A program made the translations under genes and the position numbers. Positions 37,914 through 47,543 of a DNA stretch of 64,000 bases are shown piece by piece. This DNA comes from Candidatus Omnitrophota bacterium (GTDB lineage Bacteria > Omnitrophota > Gorgyraeia > Gygaellales > Profunditerraquicolaceae): positions 5,260 through 69,259 of the forward strand of contig JALOCB010000003.1 in NCBI GenBank assembly GCA_023227985.1, given 5' to 3'. The notes beneath the pieces were generated by a model. That model had not been told where the DNA came from, searched no databases, and worked only from the letters and a program-made list of their open reading frames with translations. The stretch's first letter is position 1, and every line of letters starts with the position of its first letter.

Positions 37914-38487
37914 TTAACAGCCTTTTTATCTCCTGGGTTTTTTCTTTTACGGAATCGATCACTGCCTGTGAAGAAATAGTGGCTCCGGTTATCGCCTGGA
38001 TCCCGGAAAGGCCGCGTATATCCTTGCCGGAGAACTGTTCGCCAAACCAGGGTTTTTCGGCGGTGTCCTGTTTTTTGCCTTTAATGAAATCAAATATGGT
38101 GGTGTCGTCTTTTATTTCAGTTATGCGCGAGCCCAAGCCCGGGGTTTCATTCTGGGCCAATACTTTTATGGCGTTTATCGTGCCGTCTTTTTTCATTCCG
38201 ACCATAGTCTCGATCACGCTGGAATAGCCTTTGCCCGAGGCTTTGAAGGCGGCGCCGATAACCCCGCCTGTTCCGTTCAAAGCGCGGTAATAAATGATCC
38301 CGTTATTTTGCCTCACCGGCTCAAAGCTGGCTGCTTCCGGCAGCACTTCTTTTAAACTTTTTTCTGTTTCCCGGTTAAGCTGAATGGTGATCTGGGGCAG
38401 GGTCAGCCGGTTAACTATTGCCAATAGGCCGGTGGCTACCAGGCAGATAAGTCCCAGGATCAATCCGTAACGCAGCAGTGCCCTCAT
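37903..38487 (-). CDS. rnfG: Rnf complex subunit G (FMN-binding)
   Basis: N-terminal TM anchor plus an FMN-binding domain (...ITGATISSQAV...). Confidence 0.75.
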   Translation of the reverse strand: MRALLRYGLILGLICLVATGLLAIVNRLTLPQITIQLNRETEKSLKEVLPEAASFEPVRQNNGIIYYRALNGTGGVIGAAFKASGKGYSSVIETMVGMKKDGTINAIKVLAQNETPGLGSRITEIKDDTTIFDFIKGKKQDTAEKPWFGEQFSGKDIRGLSGIQAITGATISSQAVIDSVKEKTQEIKRLLNGN

Positions 38488-39767
38488 CTTGATAATTCCA
38501 TTTTCGCTAATTTCACCGTTTGGGTTAGCCTGCGGTTAGACGGGCAGATAAAGTTGCATAAGCCGCATTCAATACAATCCAAAACCCCGTATCCTTTTGC
38601 TTCTTGCCACAGCCCTTTTGCCGCGGACAGGTTGATCAGGCAGGGCATAAGTCCCATCGGACAGTTCCGGACGCAGGCTGCGCAGCGGATACAAGGCTGC
38701 TCTTCCAGCATTTTAGCTTCTTGGGCGTCAAGCAGGATAACGCCGGTGGTGGATTTTATTACCGGGACCTGGTCGGTGTACTGGGCTATGCCCATCATCG
38801 GCCCGCCTATTATCATTTTTGCCGGTTCGGTTCTCAGCGGACCGCAGAATGCGATCAATTCCTTTACAGGCGTGCCGATCCGGGCAAGTATATTTTTGGG
38901 GTTTTCGAGAAGGCTGCCGGTCACGGTCACTACCCGTTCGTAAAGCGGCTTGGACCTGTAAACACTTTCGTAAACGGCAAAGACCGTGGATACATTCTGC
39001 ACGTTCACGCCCAGGTCAAAGGGGAGTTTGCCGGGAGGCAGCTCTTTGTTCAATATCTGTTTTATCAGTTGTTTTTCCCCGCCCTGCGGGTAAAGTGATC
39101 TCAATACCCTCAATTGATAAGGGGTGGCTTTGAGTTCTTTCTCCAGTATCTTTATCGCGGATTCTTTATTGTCTTCTATGGCGACGTAAATCTTGCCGCA
39201 GTTAAGGCAGTTTTTTATCAGGGTTATGCCGTTTATTATCTCCTGAGTTTTTTCAAGCACTAATTGTGAGTCGCCGGTCAGGTATGGTTCGCATTCGGCG
39301 ATATTGATGATCAGCGAATCTATTGGTTTGGGCGGATTAAGCTTGATGTGAGTGGGAAAAGCCGCTCCGCCCATGCCGACTATGCCGGCGCTGAAAACAG
39401 CTCCACGGATTTGCTCGGGGGTCGACCTTTCGGCTTCTTCTTTAGTTTTGTCTGCCTGGGCGCTGAAGGGCAGGTCCTTGCCGTCGTTCTCGATGATTAT
39501 CGTCCGGCACATCCCGCGGCTGGGGTGCGGCCAGTTTCGGATGGCGGTTACTTTGCCGGATATCGAGCTGTGGACAGGGGAATAAACCTTGGCTTCGGAC
39601 TGCGCGATAAGCTGTCCGCGCAAAACAGCATCCCCGGGTTTTACCAGGATATTGTCGCAAGGGGCTCCGATATGCTGGCTTATGGGTATATACGCGTTCG
39701 CGGGTAATGGCGCGTTCTCTATCGGTTTGTCCTGGGTGTGGAATTTATTCTCTTCTAATCTAACCAT
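38484..39767 (-). CDS. rnfC: Rnf complex subunit C
   Basis: IPISQHIGAP at the N-terminus. Two CxxCxxCxxxCP ferredoxin motifs near the C-terminus. NADH/FMN-binding region. Confidence 0.85.
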   Translation of the reverse strand: MVRLEENKFHTQDKPIENAPLPANAYIPISQHIGAPCDNILVKPGDAVLRGQLIAQSEAKVYSPVHSSISGKVTAIRNWPHPSRGMCRTIIIENDGKDLPFSAQADKTKEEAERSTPEQIRGAVFSAGIVGMGGAAFPTHIKLNPPKPIDSLIINIAECEPYLTGDSQLVLEKTQEIINGITLIKNCLNCGKIYVAIEDNKESAIKILEKELKATPYQLRVLRSLYPQGGEKQLIKQILNKELPPGKLPFDLGVNVQNVSTVFAVYESVYRSKPLYERVVTVTGSLLENPKNILARIGTPVKELIAFCGPLRTEPAKMIIGGPMMGIAQYTDQVPVIKSTTGVILLDAQEAKMLEEQPCIRCAACVRNCPMGLMPCLINLSAAKGLWQEAKGYGVLDCIECGLCNFICPSNRRLTQTVKLAKMELSR

Positions 39768-40996
39768 GATATTTTATGATGGACGATCAGGTTGATGATT
39801 CCCAATAGCGCGATTATGCAGCCTACTGCCACAAGGATATAGGTATGGGATAATTTGTCCGCCAGCTTGCTGCTGATGAACATGAATGTGAGGAATCCCA
39901 GATGCATTACGATTTCCAGAGAGCTGAAAACTTTGCCCATCATATGATTCGCGCTCACATTGTGAACTATAGTGTTGGAGGCGATCATAATCGGCGAAAT
40001 AGACATGCCTAGGCACAGAGATAATACGGCCGCGACTATGAAAACAGGATAGCGGGATATGCCTAAAGCGAAGGCAACAAGCATTATACCGCTTAAGATC
40101 AATGATGTAAAGATGGTTTTGTAGTGTGAGAGTTTGTGCCCGCAGTGGCCGTATATCAGCGAGCCGGTGAACAGGCCCAGGCCCAAGAACATGATCAATA
40201 ACCCCAGGTCTTTAGTGGCGGAATGCAGGGTTTTTTGGATGAAAACTATCGCGACTACGTATACCGAGCCCAGCGCCGCGAAAAGGGCGAACATCACCCC
40301 TGCGGTGAAGCGTATCTCTTTGTTTTTCCAGACATAAAAAATGCTTTCTTTTATGTCGCTGCCGATGGTTTTTTTGATCGCGCCGACTATTTCCTGGCTG
40401 GTCTTTTTTATATCAATCCGGGCAAAGCGGTTCTTTTTACTGATAAAGAAGAGCAATCCCGCGGATACGATAAAGCTTAAGCCGTCAAGGTAGAATCCGG
40501 CTTTGGCGCCTAATTTTTCAACGATCAGGCCGCTTATTCCGAAACCCAATACCGCGGCGATCATCCCTGTAGTATTGACCAGGGAGTTGGCGGCTACAAG
40601 GTCTTCTGCCGCTACCAGTTCCGGGACTATCGCCAGTTTTGCCGGGATAAAAAAGCGACCTAATGAGAAGACAACAAAAATAACAATGTATATACCGATG
40701 AACTTATTATAAAGGAACAGGAGTGGGATGGTCAGGACCAGGCATGCCCTTAATGAATCGCAAATGAACATAGTTTTTCGCCGGTCCCAGCGGTCAACAT
40801 AGGCCCCGGCGATCGGGCCGATCAAAAATACCGGGATCAGGGTAAATGAGAGTATTTTGGCGATCTGCCAGGTTGATCCGGGGACCAGGCCTATCAGGGC
40901 CATCTGGCTGAGGCGGTCTCCTAATTGGGAGATGATCTGGCTTAGCCAGAGCAGGGAGAAGTCGCGATTACGTAAAACCTTGGTAAACCTGGACAT
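39755..40996 (-). CDS. MFS transporter
   Basis: 413 aa, about 12 TM helices. MFS-like charged loop GAYVDRWDRRK. Confidence 0.7.
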   Translation of the reverse strand: MSRFTKVLRNRDFSLLWLSQIISQLGDRLSQMALIGLVPGSTWQIAKILSFTLIPVFLIGPIAGAYVDRWDRRKTMFICDSLRACLVLTIPLLFLYNKFIGIYIVIFVVFSLGRFFIPAKLAIVPELVAAEDLVAANSLVNTTGMIAAVLGFGISGLIVEKLGAKAGFYLDGLSFIVSAGLLFFISKKNRFARIDIKKTSQEIVGAIKKTIGSDIKESIFYVWKNKEIRFTAGVMFALFAALGSVYVVAIVFIQKTLHSATKDLGLLIMFLGLGLFTGSLIYGHCGHKLSHYKTIFTSLILSGIMLVAFALGISRYPVFIVAAVLSLCLGMSISPIMIASNTIVHNVSANHMMGKVFSSLEIVMHLGFLTFMFISSKLADKLSHTYILVAVGCIIALLGIINLIVHHKISWLD

Positions 40997-41093
40997 TGGT
41001 TTTAATTAGAATACGGTTTTTTATTAATAAAATACGATGGTTTTCCGCAGCAAGCCATTTTGGGGCCTGCGGAAGGATATATGGCGAAATACA

Positions 41094-41166
41094 AGCCGGC
41101 GGAGGGAATCGAACCCACGACCCACGATTTACGAAACCGTTGCTCTACCAACTGAGCTACGCCGGC
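41094..41166 (-). tRNA. tRNA-Thr(CGU)
   Basis: Reverse complement GCCGGCGUAGCUCAGUUGGUAGAGCAACGGUUUCGUAAAUCGUGGGUCGUGGGUUCGAUUCCCUCCGCCGGCU folds as a cloverleaf. Anticodon loop UUCGUAA, T-loop GGUUCGAUUCC. Confidence 0.85.
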
Positions 41167-41354
41167 ATAAATTTTAAAATAAAACTTTTCTAATCATTAT
41201 ATCAACTTTTAAGCAATAGTCAAATTATACCGGTTCAAAACATAAACATTCCGGTATCTTTAATTATTAAAAATACTTGACTTATGTATAGCTACGTAGT
41301 ATAAATAAAAAAACACCTGAAGATTTTTTCTTAATGCCGAGAAAGGTTGCGTAA

Positions 41355-42593
41355 ATGCCGCACGCGAATTTCCAGAATGACGATCTCTCCGAGAAAGAAC
41401 GACGCAATATAGACATACTTGAACTCCTGCGAAAACGCGGCCCGATAAGCCGTCCCGATATCTCCAAAGAAATAGGGATCAATGTGGTCACTATCTCGAA
41501 TTACATCGACGATTTCATAAAGCATAATCTGGTTTATGAAAAGGAGCTTGATGTTTCCGAGGGCGGCAGGAGGCCTGTGCTTTTGGATTTGAATTCCCAG
41601 GGCGGTTATATAGTCGGTGTGGGGCTGAACCTGATGAATATGGTGGGGCTGCTGGTGGATTTAAAAGGCAATATCATCACTAAGACGCAGATCGCCCGGC
41701 CGCAGAAACTGTCGGTAAAGGATATCACCGAATGCCTCCTGGAGATCATCCGCGAGATATTCCGCAGGTCTAAGGATTACTCCGCTAACATAAAGGGCAT
41801 CGGCGTAGGCATAGCCGGCCTGGTCAGCAAGCAGGATGGTTCTATACACTGGCCGCAAAAAATGGACCATTACTATACTTACGCCTCGGTAGACCTGCCG
41901 CTCAAGAACCTCATCGAACGCGAATTCAATTTGCCTACCTTGATTGAGAATGACGCTACCAGCGCCTGTTTCGGTGAATATTGGCTGGGCCTGGAGACCG
42001 GTATAAAAAACATGATCTATATGTTTTCCGGCGTAGGCTGCGGCTTGTTGATGAACGGCCAGATATACCGGGGGACCCAGGGGTACGCCGGAGAGGTCGC
42101 GGTTTATAATTACAAAGAACAGGACCTCTTCAATTGCCAGGCGGGAAATGATTGTTTTCTAAAGCGCTGGGAAATGGACCTGGGAATAGTAGAAGACGTC
42201 AAAGCCGCGCTGGCTAAAGACCCGGAAGCCGCTTCCCGTTTTTTTAAATTGACTTCCGCTAATATCGATAATATAGACCTGAAAAGCGTTTTTATCGGCG
42301 CCCGGACCAATGATCCGATCATCCTCGCGGCTTTAGAGAAAGCAGCTAAGCGCCTGGGAATAAAGATAGCTTCCCTGGTTAATTTCCTGAACCCCGAAAT
42401 GGTGGTTCTTGGGGGCGGGCTGGAAGAAGCGGGGGACGCTTTCTTGAATAAAGTTTCCTCGACTGTAAGGGAGTGGGCTTTCAGGGAAGTCACTTCGGAC
42501 CTTAAGATCGTTTACTCGCAGCTGCGCGAAAACGCCGTTTCGTTGGGCGCTGCGAGTTTAGTGATGCAGCGGCTTTTCGCCCAGGTATGGTAA
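41355..42593 (+). CDS. ROK family protein (NagC/XylR-type regulator or sugar kinase) with N-terminal HTH
   Basis: HTH ILELLRKRGPISRPDISKEIGINVVTISNYI. ROK glycine-rich motifs GVGLNLMN...GIGVGIAG. Confidence 0.7.
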   Translation: MPHANFQNDDLSEKERRNIDILELLRKRGPISRPDISKEIGINVVTISNYIDDFIKHNLVYEKELDVSEGGRRPVLLDLNSQGGYIVGVGLNLMNMVGLLVDLKGNIITKTQIARPQKLSVKDITECLLEIIREIFRRSKDYSANIKGIGVGIAGLVSKQDGSIHWPQKMDHYYTYASVDLPLKNLIEREFNLPTLIENDATSACFGEYWLGLETGIKNMIYMFSGVGCGLLMNGQIYRGTQGYAGEVAVYNYKEQDLFNCQAGNDCFLKRWEMDLGIVEDVKAALAKDPEAASRFFKLTSANIDNIDLKSVFIGARTNDPIILAALEKAAKRLGIKIASLVNFLNPEMVVLGGGLEEAGDAFLNKVSSTVREWAFREVTSDLKIVYSQLRENAVSLGAASLVMQRLFAQVW

Positions 42594-42603
42594 AAAGGAG
42601 TTA

Positions 42604-43863
42604 TTGATGACAGATAGGAAAGTAATAGTCATTATCGGCCTCTTAATTATAATCGCGGTGATCGCGATGTTCGCTTACGGTAAGGTCAATCAGGTGAGCG
42701 TGCTGCAGAGCGATAAGGCCGGCCTGGAAGAGGAAAAAAAGACCCTGGGCGTGAAACTGGAAAGCCTTACCCAGGAGAACCGGGCCTTTAAAGATAAGAT
42801 CATTTCTTTCAACGAGCGCCTGGAAAAACTGGGCACGGAAAAAGGCGAGATACATAAAAGATTTGAATTGGCGGTAAAAGAGAAAGAAGAGCTGAAGAAT
42901 GAGATACGGAAACTGAATAGGGATATCGCCGCGGAGAAAGAAAGATCGGCGATAATCAAATCCGCTCCCCGCAGCTCGGATGCGGCTTCTGAAAAGGGGC
43001 CGGGCGAATTGGAGGGCGATACCTACTGGGCGGGGATATTGAAGAATAAGGCTGAATTGGAATTAGAGATAGAGACCCTGCGTGACGATCTGGATGCCTT
43101 AAAAGAAACTAACGCGAAATTAACGCGGGCTAAGAATGATCTTATCCTGGAGTTGAAGAGCCAAAACCGCGGCACACTCGATTCCGAGCGCCAGCTTATG
43201 TATAATAATAAGGTAATAGACAGCCTGACCCAGGAGCTTTTCCGCGAGAAATCCGATAAATTGATCATTCAGGCTAACCTTAATTCGCTGGAAGCGGATA
43301 ACGCTTTGCTGAAAGACCAGTTGAATGGCCTGGATGCACGTAAAGCCGAACTGGAAAATAAATTCGCGGAATTGCAGGCAAAAAATAAGCTTATGGAGAA
43401 TGATCTTACCCGGATGGAGGTGTTCATCCGCCAGAAGGTAATGCAGATGGATAATCTTAAAGAGGAATTGGGCAATTTGCATCAGCCGAAGATTGTTCCG
43501 TTTGTAAGCCCGGAACCGGCACGGGCAGTTTCATCGCAAAAAGCGGCCGCGGAATCGAGGAAAGAGGCTGTGCAGCTTCAGCCTATAGTAGTGCGCCCCC
43601 AGGACGCGGGTAAAGGCAGATCAGCGCCGGTTGCGGTCCAGGCCAATAAGGCCGAGGTATTGGCGGTAAACCCGGAAAACAACTTTGTGATCATTAATAC
43701 CGGTGAGGCCGCCGGGGTAAAGGTAGGGGATAGATTCCGTGTTCATAATAAGAAAAGGCAAACTATAAGCGATATTGAGGTCATCCAGGTCCGTAAGAAT
43801 ATCGCGGCCTGCGATATAAAGAACCAGAATTATACTATTGAAGTAGGCGACGAGGTCAAATAG
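42604..43863 (+). CDS. Hypothetical membrane-anchored coiled-coil protein (419 aa)
   Basis: N-terminal TM segment VIVIIGLLIIIAVIAMFAY. About 300 aa with heptad-like E/K/L-rich composition. Small C-terminal beta-rich domain. Confidence 0.45.
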   Translation: MMTDRKVIVIIGLLIIIAVIAMFAYGKVNQVSVLQSDKAGLEEEKKTLGVKLESLTQENRAFKDKIISFNERLEKLGTEKGEIHKRFELAVKEKEELKNEIRKLNRDIAAEKERSAIIKSAPRSSDAASEKGPGELEGDTYWAGILKNKAELELEIETLRDDLDALKETNAKLTRAKNDLILELKSQNRGTLDSERQLMYNNKVIDSLTQELFREKSDKLIIQANLNSLEADNALLKDQLNGLDARKAELENKFAELQAKNKLMENDLTRMEVFIRQKVMQMDNLKEELGNLHQPKIVPFVSPEPARAVSSQKAAAESRKEAVQLQPIVVRPQDAGKGRSAPVAVQANKAEVLAVNPENNFVIINTGEAAGVKVGDRFRVHNKKRQTISDIEVIQVRKNIAACDIKNQNYTIEVGDEVK

Positions 43864-43906
43864 CTTTATAGGCCGGCAGTCGACCTGTTATCCGGAATAA
43901 TAAATA

Positions 43907-44932
43907 GTGCGCACAAAGAAAACATCCTCTAAAACTATTTCCATCAAGGACGTTGCCAGGCTGGCTAAGGTTTCTATCAGCACTGTTTCCCGGGTCATAA
44001 ATAAGAGCCCTTCGGTCAAGGCAGCCAGTAAGGCCCGGGTCATCCAAGTGGTAAAAGATCTGCATTTCCAGCCCTCTGTTTCCGCACAGCGCCTGGCTAC
44101 CGGTAAAAGCAACGTGGTCGCTCTGGTCATTCCCCGGTACGAAGGCATATTTTATTCTTTCTACGCGCTGGAATTGATCCGGGGCATAGGCACATTGGCC
44201 TCGGCATTGAAGCTGGACCTGCTTCTGCATCTTACTGAAAGCAATTCAACGCTGAACCTTAAAGGCGTCGGCGGAGTGATCTTTGCGGATATTATCGCCA
44301 ACCGCCTGCAGTTGGAGGATGCTTTGAGTTGCGGCATCCCCGCGGTATTGATCAATAATTACGCCGAAGACCTGAACGTCACCTGCCTGGCTATCGATAA
44401 TAAGAAAGGCGCGGAGGAAGCGGTGAATTACCTTATCGGGCTCGGCCATAAAAAGATCGCCCATATTACCGGCGATATCGTTACCCAGGCCGCCAGCCAT
44501 CGTTTGCTCGGATATAAGGCGGCGATGGATGAGAACAAGATCGCCTTCAGGCCGGATTATGTGATCAATACGGATTATTCCCGCGGCCAGGCCAGGGGCG
44601 CCGCTGAAAAACTGCTTGATCTGCCGGATCGGCCTACCGCCGTATTTGTGGCTTCCGACTCTATGGCGCTGGAGGTTATTGCGGTGGCCAGGGAGCGCGG
44701 GATCCGGATCCCCCAGGATCTGTCGGTGGTCGGTTTTGACGATAACCCTTCCGGGCTTTACGGCCCGGTGGCGTTGACCACGGTAAGGCAGCCTTTGGTA
44801 AAAATGGCGCAGGATTCGGTAAAAGAATTGAATATCCTGATGGCGGACAAGAACGCCGGCAAGAAAACTCAGGCTAAAAAGATCTTCCTCCCCGCTGAAT
44901 TAGTGATCAGGGAGTCTTGCCAGCAGATATAG
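43907..44932 (+). CDS. LacI family transcriptional regulator
   Basis: HTH SIKDVARLAKVSISTVSRVINKS. Periplasmic-binding-like sugar-binding core. Confidence 0.8.
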   Translation: MRTKKTSSKTISIKDVARLAKVSISTVSRVINKSPSVKAASKARVIQVVKDLHFQPSVSAQRLATGKSNVVALVIPRYEGIFYSFYALELIRGIGTLASALKLDLLLHLTESNSTLNLKGVGGVIFADIIANRLQLEDALSCGIPAVLINNYAEDLNVTCLAIDNKKGAEEAVNYLIGLGHKKIAHITGDIVTQAASHRLLGYKAAMDENKIAFRPDYVINTDYSRGQARGAAEKLLDLPDRPTAVFVASDSMALEVIAVARERGIRIPQDLSVVGFDDNPSGLYGPVALTTVRQPLVKMAQDSVKELNILMADKNAGKKTQAKKIFLPAELVIRESCQQI

Positions 44933-44974
44933 CCAGTCGCAGTTCGATCTTTCGTAATGGCCGGAAGGAATAAA

Positions 44975-45021
44975 ATACAACAAGTTGTATTGTTGTAGAT
45001 TAAAAATACAATATGTTGTAT
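44975..45021 (+). promoter_or_regulatory. Two NrdR boxes (ATACAACAAGTTGTAT and ATACAATATGTTGTAT) with centres 31 bp apart
   Basis: Both boxes are 16-bp palindromes matching the NrdR operator consensus (acaCwAtATaTwGtgt-like). They lie upstream of a class II ribonucleotide reductase gene. Confidence 0.75.
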
Positions 45022-45028
45022 TTTTTTA

Positions 45029-45057
45029 TTGACATGTTATTTTGGCGGTGATATACT
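45029..45057 (+). promoter_or_regulatory. Sigma70-type promoter for the nrd gene (TTGACA - 17 nt spacer - TATACT)
   Basis: ttgacatgttattttggcggtgatatact, about 60 nt upstream of the RBS aggagg and the ATG at 45120. Confidence 0.6.
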
Positions 45058-45119
45058 CACAAGATGTCAGCGGTATTTTTGTCAGATCAGGTTCAACGGT
45101 TTTATTATAGGAGGAGAAA

Positions 45120-47405
45120 ATGTCGTTAGCGCTTTCCCAGAATGCCCTCAGGGTGCTGGAGAGAAGGTACCTTAAGAGGGACAAGTCCGGCAAGGTCATT
45201 GAGACCCCGGAGGAGATGTTTCACCGGGTCGCCAGGGCTATCGCCGAAGCCGAGCTGAAGTATAACAAAACGGAAAAAGATGTGGCCCGGATGGAAGATG
45301 AATTTTACCGGGTGATGACCTCGTTGGAATTTGTCCCTAATTCCCCCTGCCTGATGAACGCCGGACGGGACCTGGGGCAGTTAAGCGCCTGTTTTACCCT
45401 GCCGATAGAAGATTCCATGGATTCGATATTCGAAACGCTAAAAGCGACCGCGATGATCCATAAGTCGGGTGGCGGCACCGGTTTTTCTTTCTCACGCCTG
45501 CGTTCCAAGAATTCCGTGGTCAAGACCACCGGCGGCGTAGCTTCCGGCCCGGTTTCTTTTATGCGGGTCTATGACGCGGCCACAGAGGCGGTAAAACAGG
45601 GCGGGACCCGGCGCGGCGCGAATATGGGCATCCTGGGAGTGGATCATCCCGACATCCTGGAATTCATCACCTGCAAGGAAAACAACAAGGAGATAGTCAA
45701 TTTCAATATCTCGGTAGCTATTACCGACGAATTTATGGAGAAATTGAAGACCGGCCAGAAGTATAATCTTATAGACCCTCATACCAAGCAGGTCTATAAG
45801 GAGATCAATCCCAAAGAGGTGTTCGACCTGGTGGTGAAACAGGCGCACAAGAACGGCGAGCCGGGGATTATTTACATTGACAAAATAAACATCGAAAATC
45901 CTACTCCGCACTTAGGCAAGATGGAGAGCACTAATCCGTGCGGGGAGCAGCCGCTTCTGCCTTATGAAAGCTGCGACCTGGGCTCGATAAACCTGGCGGT
46001 GTTATATAAACAGTCGGGTTCCCGCTGTGTAGTCGATTGGGACGAGATCAAAAAAGTGGTCAGGTTGGGCGTGCATTTTCTGGATAATCTGATCGACGTT
46101 AATAAGTTCCCTTTGCCGGAGATTGAGAAAGCGACTACCTCTACCCGCAAGATCGGGCTGGGCGTGATGGGTTGGGCAAGCCTCCTGATAAAACTGGGCA
46201 TACCTTATAACAGCCAGGAAGCGGTGGATCTGGCGGAAAAGGTAATGTCGTTCATATTAGACGAAGGCTTGAAGAAATCGCAGGAGCTGGCGAGGGAAAA
46301 AGGGACTTTTCCGACTTACAAGGGTTCGACCTGGGATAAGAAGAATATCCTTATGCGCAACGCCACCCTGACTACGATAGCCCCTACCGGCACGATCAGC
46401 ATTATCGCCGGTCCGTGTTCTTCGGGCATAGAGCCGTTATTCGCGATAGTATATTACCGCAATGTAATGGATAACGATAAGTTGGTGGAAGTTGACCCGT
46501 TGTTCGAGAAGATCGCCAAGGAGCGCGGATTCTACAGCCGGGAATTAATGGAGAAGATCGCCGAAAGCAGTTCATTGAAGGATATCGAGGGTATTCCGGA
46601 GGACGTAAAGAGGATTTTTGTCACTGCCCATGATATCTCTCCGGAGTGGCACGTGAAGATGCAGGCGGCTTTCCAGAAATACGTGCACAACGCGGTTTCC
46701 AAGACGATAAACTTTCCGCATGAGGCTATTTCCGAAGATGTGCGCAAGGCGTACCTCCTGGCGTATGAGTTGGGGTGCAAAGGCATAACGGTTTACCGCG
46801 ACCGCAGCCGCGAAGAGCAGGTGTTGAATATAAACCATAAGACAGAGGCTCCGCAGTCGCAGGAGTCGAAAAGCGAACCGGGAAAGATCACGCCCAGGCC
46901 AAGGCCTGAGGTTATCTTTGGGACCACTACCAAGGTCTCGACCGGCTGCGGCAACCTTTACGTCACTATTAATATCGACGAAGAAGGCAAGCCTTTTGAA
47001 CTTTTTACCCAGATGGGAAAGGCCGGCGGATGCGCCGGCAGCCAGCTTGAGGCATTGGGCCGCATGGTATCTCTGGGCTTCCGCGCGGGGGTGGAAGTTA
47101 AATCTATTATGGAGCAACTGCGCAATATACGCTGCCCTTCCCCTTCCTGGGAAAAAGGCCAGAGGATATTCTCTTGCGCTGACGCGATCGCCCGGGTCAT
47201 AGAAAAAAGGCTTGTAAGTACCCAGGCGCATAAGTCCGCGCTGGAGACAGCTCCGATAGCCATGAAACATTCTCATCATGACGACAACGGGCTGGAAGAT
47301 AACGCTCAGGGAGAGATCGTGGGGATGTGCCCTGACTGCGGCGGCACGCTGCGGCATGAAGAAGGCTGTATAAAATGCCATAGCTGCGGTTTTTCCAAGT
47401 GCTAA
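45120..47405 (+). CDS. nrdJ: Adenosylcobalamin-dependent (class II) ribonucleotide reductase
   Basis: Class II RNR motifs SPCLMNAG, NPCGEQPL. Active-site thiyl-radical Cys region. C-terminal CxxC zinc ribbon CPDCGG...CIKCHSCG. Confidence 0.9.
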   Translation: MSLALSQNALRVLERRYLKRDKSGKVIETPEEMFHRVARAIAEAELKYNKTEKDVARMEDEFYRVMTSLEFVPNSPCLMNAGRDLGQLSACFTLPIEDSMDSIFETLKATAMIHKSGGGTGFSFSRLRSKNSVVKTTGGVASGPVSFMRVYDAATEAVKQGGTRRGANMGILGVDHPDILEFITCKENNKEIVNFNISVAITDEFMEKLKTGQKYNLIDPHTKQVYKEINPKEVFDLVVKQAHKNGEPGIIYIDKINIENPTPHLGKMESTNPCGEQPLLPYESCDLGSINLAVLYKQSGSRCVVDWDEIKKVVRLGVHFLDNLIDVNKFPLPEIEKATTSTRKIGLGVMGWASLLIKLGIPYNSQEAVDLAEKVMSFILDEGLKKSQELAREKGTFPTYKGSTWDKKNILMRNATLTTIAPTGTISIIAGPCSSGIEPLFAIVYYRNVMDNDKLVEVDPLFEKIAKERGFYSRELMEKIAESSSLKDIEGIPEDVKRIFVTAHDISPEWHVKMQAAFQKYVHNAVSKTINFPHEAISEDVRKAYLLAYELGCKGITVYRDRSREEQVLNINHKTEAPQSQESKSEPGKITPRPRPEVIFGTTTKVSTGCGNLYVTINIDEEGKPFELFTQMGKAGGCAGSQLEALGRMVSLGFRAGVEVKSIMEQLRNIRCPSPSWEKGQRIFSCADAIARVIEKRLVSTQAHKSALETAPIAMKHSHHDDNGLEDNAQGEIVGMCPDCGGTLRHEEGCIKCHSCGFSKC

Positions 47406-47424
47406 ACTGATTTAACAAATACAT

Positions 47425-47468
47425 AGTCCCTTGTCCGGCTTCTGCCGGGCAAGGGACTGCTTATTTTA
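47425..47468 (+). terminator. Rho-independent terminator after nrdJ
   Basis: agtcccttgtccggcttctgccgggcaagggact followed by gcttatttta. Confidence 0.75.
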
Positions 47469-47543
47469 TACCCTAAAAGTATTGTTCACCCGGGTATTAA
47501 TTTACGATAAACACCGGCTTTTAGGCCGGGGCGGGATAAATCT

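Noticed and set aside
40996-41193. 65-aa ORF on the plus strand (MVLIRIRFFINKIRW...)
   Set aside because: It completely overlaps tRNA-Thr(CGU) on the opposite strand and is AT-rich low-complexity sequence. Spurious.
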